Shown piece after piece: positions 57,016-64,000 of a DNA stretch of 64,000 bases (the stretch's first letter is position 1; the number at the start of each line of letters is the position of its first letter). Under the pieces are notes generated by a model. The model did not search any database. It saw nothing but the letters and a program-made list of their open reading frames with translations, and had not been told where the DNA came from. This DNA comes from an uncultured Thermoleophilia bacterium. GTDB lineage: Bacteria; Actinomycetota; Thermoleophilia; UBA2241. Both the position numbers and the translations under genes were made by a program. The DNA is taken from contig CAVQSP010000011.1 in the NCBI GenBank assembly GCA_963715985.1, positions 608,001-672,000 on the forward strand. Direction: 5' to 3'.

Positions 57016-58425
57016 GTGAACGAACGCGCCCCTTGTGGCTGCCCGCGAACCCTGATCGTCGGGAAGGGATTCGACCGATCATCCGGGGTCGGGATCACCC
57101 TCACCAGTCTGTTCCGCGATTGGCCCAGGAACCGACTCGCAGCTGCATGTGCGGCGAGCGAGACCATGGACACCAGCGTCTGCGAGATCTACTACGCGCT
57201 GGGGTCGGAGGAAGCTGGGTGGGTCTGGCCCATCTCCCGCTACGAACGGCCGGTACCCTCGGGCCCAGTCCTTCGGCCAACCGCTGACGGCGGCGAGCGG
57301 CGGCCCGATGCGAGTGTGGACGATCGTGGACGCCGCCACGGCCAAACCTACATGGGTCTCGCACGCCGAGCCTCATGGGCAGCTCTGGTTGCCAGCGGCG
57401 CCGAGCACTTCCTCAGACGCCTCAGCGTGTCCGCGAGGCTCGCGGCGTGGATCCGTGCCTTTCGACCCGACATCCTCTATACGCACCTCGAGTCGCTGCC
57501 CATGATCCGTTTTGTCGACAGCCTCGTCACGCAGTTCGATCTGCCTCTGGTCATTCATATGATGGACGACTGGCCGTCGGTGCCTGAACATGGGGGGCTT
57601 CTCAGCCCCTTGACACGGCGGGTCATCGACAGAGACCTGCGTCGGCTGATGGCCAAGGCAGCCTGCAACATGGCCATCAGTCAGTACATGTGTGACGCGT
57701 TCGAGGCGAGGTACGGCCACGTCTTCCTGCCGTTCCACAACGTGCTGGACGCGCGGTCGTGGAGCGTCGCTCCTCGAGCTGACTGGAAGGCAGGCAAGTC
57801 GTTCCGGCTCGTGTACGCCGGACGGGTAGGGAAGGCGAACGAGGCGGCCTTGCGGGACGTAGCGGTCGTGGTCGCAGCGCTCGCTGACCAGGGTCTGGCC
57901 ATCAATCTGGAGATATACGCGCTGGCGCGAGCACCCTTCCCCCCCGGCACGTGGCCCGATTCCCCGGCGGTCCGGCTTCTTCCCGCAGTCGCCTACGCGG
58001 ATATCCCCGGCTTGCTGGTGGAGGCGGATCTGCTCGTGCTGCCCCTCGACTTCTCGCAGAAGGATCTGGCGTACGCCCGGTACTCGATGCCCACCAAGGT
58101 GGCCGAGTATCTCGGCTCGGGCACGCCCATACTCGTCTACTGCCCGGAGGACACCGCCGTGGGCCACTACGCGCGGAGCGCAGGCTGGGGGGCACTTGTG
58201 GGGAGCAGGGATCGCGACGCCCTCTCGCGGACGATCGTCCGTCTGGCGCGCGATGAGCAAGAGCGCGCGCGTCTTGGACGGATCGCTCTGTGCGTGGCTC
58301 AGGCTGACCACGACCCGTCCCGCGTCCGCGCGGAGTTCGCGCGAGCACTCTCCGACGCCTCCGGGACACGCTCGGCAAGGCGAGGCCGGGAGCGGCCACC
58401 CTCGACTACTGAAGGCGTCCGATGA
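57016..58425 (+). CDS. GT4-like glycosyltransferase
   Basis: HMMDDW, YAGR, SMPTKVAEYLGSG. Confidence 0.8.
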   Translation: MNERAPCGCPRTLIVGKGFDRSSGVGITLTSLFRDWPRNRLAAACAASETMDTSVCEIYYALGSEEAGWVWPISRYERPVPSGPVLRPTADGGERRPDASVDDRGRRHGQTYMGLARRASWAALVASGAEHFLRRLSVSARLAAWIRAFRPDILYTHLESLPMIRFVDSLVTQFDLPLVIHMMDDWPSVPEHGGLLSPLTRRVIDRDLRRLMAKAACNMAISQYMCDAFEARYGHVFLPFHNVLDARSWSVAPRADWKAGKSFRLVYAGRVGKANEAALRDVAVVVAALADQGLAINLEIYALARAPFPPGTWPDSPAVRLLPAVAYADIPGLLVEADLLVLPLDFSQKDLAYARYSMPTKVAEYLGSGTPILVYCPEDTAVGHYARSAGWGALVGSRDRDALSRTIVRLARDEQERARLGRIALCVAQADHDPSRVRAEFARALSDASGTRSARRGRERPPSTTEGVR

Positions 58426-59546
58426 GGGTAGCCATGCTCCTCGACTGGTTCTTCCCGTACGCTGCCGGCGTGGCCAATGCGCTGGCCGACGAGGCACAGG
58501 TGGCGATGGTCACTCGTGACCACGGGCTCGAGATCGGTGCCACCCACGACGCGATCCGCGCCAAGCAGGCCTTGCTCGACGATCGCGTCCGCTTGCTGAT
58601 CATCCGTGGGAGGCAGCGAGATCTCAGCAGCATGAGCGATGTGGCACGCGTGCGCAGCCGCTTTGGGCGCGTTCCACCCGACGTGCTCCACGTACAGGAC
58701 CACGCCGATTGGCGGCTGTACGCGCTCGATCGCACCTTCCCGAGAGTCCCTACACTCGTGACGATCCACGATGTGGTCTTTCACGCCGGCGAGAAGCACC
58801 GCGAGGACGCGTCACTGCCCATTCGGCGCTACGTTGGACGGAGTGTGCGGTCGCACGCAGGAGCCTACGTGGTGCATGGTCGCGGACTCGCCGGCCTTGT
58901 CGAAACGCAGGACTGGTACCGCGGACAAGACATCCACATCATTCCTCACGGCCGTCTGCCCTATGCGACGTCGTGCGCGCCACTGCCCGCCAGACCGACG
59001 ATCCTGTTCTTTGGACGGCTGGAGTTCTACAAGGGGCTGGACGTGCTCGTCGAGGCGGCGGAGATCGCGGCGCAGCAGGTCCCCCACCTCAGAGTGATCG
59101 TCGCCGGACACGGGCCGGATGCGTCGCGGTGCCAAGCACTGGTGAGGTCGCCGGCGCTTTTCGACTGGCGACTAGGCTTCGTCCCCCACGAAGAGACGGC
59201 CTCGCTCTTCGCTGAAGCCAGCGTCGTCGTGCTTCCGTACAGAGATGCCAGCCAAAGCGGCGTTGTGCCGATGGCCTTCGCCAACGGTCGACCGGTCATC
59301 GCCACCGATGTGGGGTCGCTCTCCGAGGCGGTTCACGATGGGCTGGACGGGCTCATGGTCGGCGATGTCTCGCCAGGGGCGGTCGCAGCCGCGATCGTTC
59401 GCATCTTCACCGAGACCGCTCTGTTTACCCGTCTTGCGGCCGGGGCGACGGCGACCATATCGACGGGTCTCCTCGCACCGGCACACATCGCGGAGCTGCA
59501 CATGAAGGCATACGCCCAACTGGCTCAGCGGGCCGCGAGCAGATAG
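58422..59546 (+). CDS. GT4 family glycosyltransferase
   Basis: FFGRLEFYKG, LPY..SQSGV, ATDVG. Confidence 0.88.
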   Translation: MRVAMLLDWFFPYAAGVANALADEAQVAMVTRDHGLEIGATHDAIRAKQALLDDRVRLLIIRGRQRDLSSMSDVARVRSRFGRVPPDVLHVQDHADWRLYALDRTFPRVPTLVTIHDVVFHAGEKHREDASLPIRRYVGRSVRSHAGAYVVHGRGLAGLVETQDWYRGQDIHIIPHGRLPYATSCAPLPARPTILFFGRLEFYKGLDVLVEAAEIAAQQVPHLRVIVAGHGPDASRCQALVRSPALFDWRLGFVPHEETASLFAEASVVVLPYRDASQSGVVPMAFANGRPVIATDVGSLSEAVHDGLDGLMVGDVSPGAVAAAIVRIFTETALFTRLAAGATATISTGLLAPAHIAELHMKAYAQLAQRAASR

Positions 59547-59628
59547 ACCGGACTGCAGTCAAGGTCCACCACTGGTACGGCGCAGAGACCTGACACAAGA
59601 CGCCGTAGTCCAGGCCGCGGATCGCCTC

Positions 59629-60890
59629 TCAGGCTGACCGAAAGGACGGTGTCGACCGTCGACGGCCAGGAGTTGCGCCGGCGCCAGCGCTCGCCTCCTG
59701 AAGGCTTCGATTCTGGTGCAGGATCATGGCCACCGCCACACTGAGGAGCGCCTGGTTCTCGAACTGATCGATGTTGGTGTTGAACAGGCAGAACACGAGA
59801 TAGAACGTCAGATAGGCGAGCATCGCCGTACTGGTTTGATCGCGGCGGTTGCGCCAGGCAATAGAGACCGAGACGCCGAAGACAGAGAAGAGCAACAGGC
59901 TCGCCACGATCCCCTGCGTGTCCAAAAGCTGTACGACGAAATTGTGAGGCGGGAAGTCGTAGTCGACGTTGACCAGATAGTAGCGCTGGTTCCAGATGTA
60001 GTCGCCCAAAGGGTTCTTCAGGAAGTACTCGAATCCGAGGCGACTGCGCTCGACACTGTCCGAGGCGTTGGCGTCCGCGTTGGGATTGAACATCGTGCGA
60101 GTGAATACGCGGCGCTTTCGCGCACTGACGGCGCCGCGTAGTAGACGCCCGCACCAACGACCGCGATCACCGCAATGGTCAGGACGACGCGACGGGTGAT
60201 GCGACCGGTGGCCATCATCTGCACGAGAAACGCGGCCGCGAGCGCGACGAAGCCTGAGCGGTGATTCGCCAGGACGATGCCCCCCACAGCGAGGATGGCG
60301 AGGACGACACGCCAAGGGCGAAGAGGCCAATAGAACAGGGACGTGAAGAACAACCAGCCGAAGGACAGCGTAGTCCCTCCCCAGGCCGCTCTCACGCTGA
60401 ACCTCCCCTCCTCCAGTACTCCCTGCCCGCCCTTCAGGTACTCGTACACGACCCAGACTGCAAGCGCCGCCGCCGCGATATCGAAGAGCGTCACGAGGAG
60501 CGCCGGCCGACAGTACTTGAGGACGACGCCGTAGACGGCCAGCACCAGGATCAGCCCCAGGCGAACCTCCTGGTCGCGCAGCACGTCTATAGGCCCCAAG
60601 CCATGCAACAGCACAGCAGCCGGCATGACGACGAAGAGCTGGTACCCCAGATAGCCGATGCACAGCCACACCACAAGCCTGTTCATCGGCACAGGGTCAG
60701 GCGTGAAGAAGAAGGCATTGCCCAGGAGAACGGCGAGCACCGCAACGCCCAGGACGAGGTCGAAGGGGTAGACACTGATGGGGCCTACGCTCGCCAGCTC
60801 GGTTTGCACGAACGACGGCACCCGGATGGCCATCGACAGTGCCGTGAACACGGCGAGGCTGGCGGCGATGGCGATCGCAAGGTATCTCAC
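59629..60890 (-). CDS. O-antigen ligase / Wzy family membrane protein (one frameshift)
   Basis: Many TM segments, NHRSG and PHN..QLL..QG motifs. Confidence 0.75.
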
Positions 60891-61041
60891 TGGCCCCCCG
60901 AGGCACGCTGCATGGACAGCAGCCGGTGTCCATCACTGTCATTCAAGGATACCGCAACACCGGGGAGGCCGCCCAAGGGCGGCCTCCCCGGTGTCTCCAC
61001 CCGGTTCTCTCCCGGGCGTCCGAAGCTCGCCGGTCAGAGCG

Positions 61042-63552
<2,511 letters not shown>

Positions 63553-64000
63553 CGTGACCCCTCCGAGACGAGGAACGCCGCGGTCTCGTCGATGCCTGCG
63601 GGGACGCCACCTGAGCGATGGTGCGGCACCGACGCGACTCACTGGAGTTCTGTTGGACGTTACGGTGAGCAGTCGTCACTGCTCCCTGACTGGAGTCGGA
63701 GCGGCCGCAGGATTCTTGAGGAGGTAGACGAATCTCCGTAATCCGGCGAGGCAACGCAGCCTCGGCCTTGACTCCCGGGATAGTCCGCCCTGGTTGCTTG
63801 GGCGCTTCGCAGGGTGGTCGACTCAGCGCCAGGTCGTGATCCCTCGTGCACGCCCGGGCGATCAGTGAGTCGCCCAACGGTCGGCAACTCGCTTACTCCG
63901 CTATCATAGGTACGTCAGTCGCCTACACTGTCAACGGGCGTGAGCCGGAACGCGAGCCATCCGACGTGCGCCCCTGTGCCTTTGCTCATCCGATCACCAG

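Noticed and set aside
63903-63934. sigma70 promoter TTGACA..TATGAT on the minus strand
   Set aside because: Spacer is 20 bp, outside the usual range

Overview
High-GC bacterial DNA, probably Actinomycetota (inferred from GC content, lysC-asd, DUF5679, GT87 genes and a type 2 IleRS). Many single-base indels break even essential ileS, so most frameshifts look like assembly errors. (1) 1-11.4 kb: an accessory region around tRNA-Arg(CCT). It holds three tyrosine-recombinase C-terminal remnants, an extra RpoD-like sigma factor, a probable UGA-recoded thioredoxin-like selenoprotein, an integron-like cassette array (two canonical attC sites; RelE/ParE TA, MazEF, cupin) with no intI, and an AAA/DUF4143 ATPase preceded by phased repeats. 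(2) 11.6-25.7 kb: a GGDEF-EAL gene converging on a GNAT-like gene, then nadE, lysC, asd, trxB, trxA and ileS (GSHH motif). (3) 26-28.6 kb: a TA islet (MNT-HEPN, second DUF4143 ATPase, HicAB). (4) 28.8-32.6 kb: HAD, GT87, GtrA, GT87. (5) 32.5-63.6 kb: a large surface-polysaccharide locus with fnlABC, wecB, TagA, Wzc, Wzy-like, asnB, many GTs, two ATP-grasp ligases, an RraA/Ldh_2 module and a secreted modular beta-helix enzyme. All calls come from motif recognition by eye; no searches were run.
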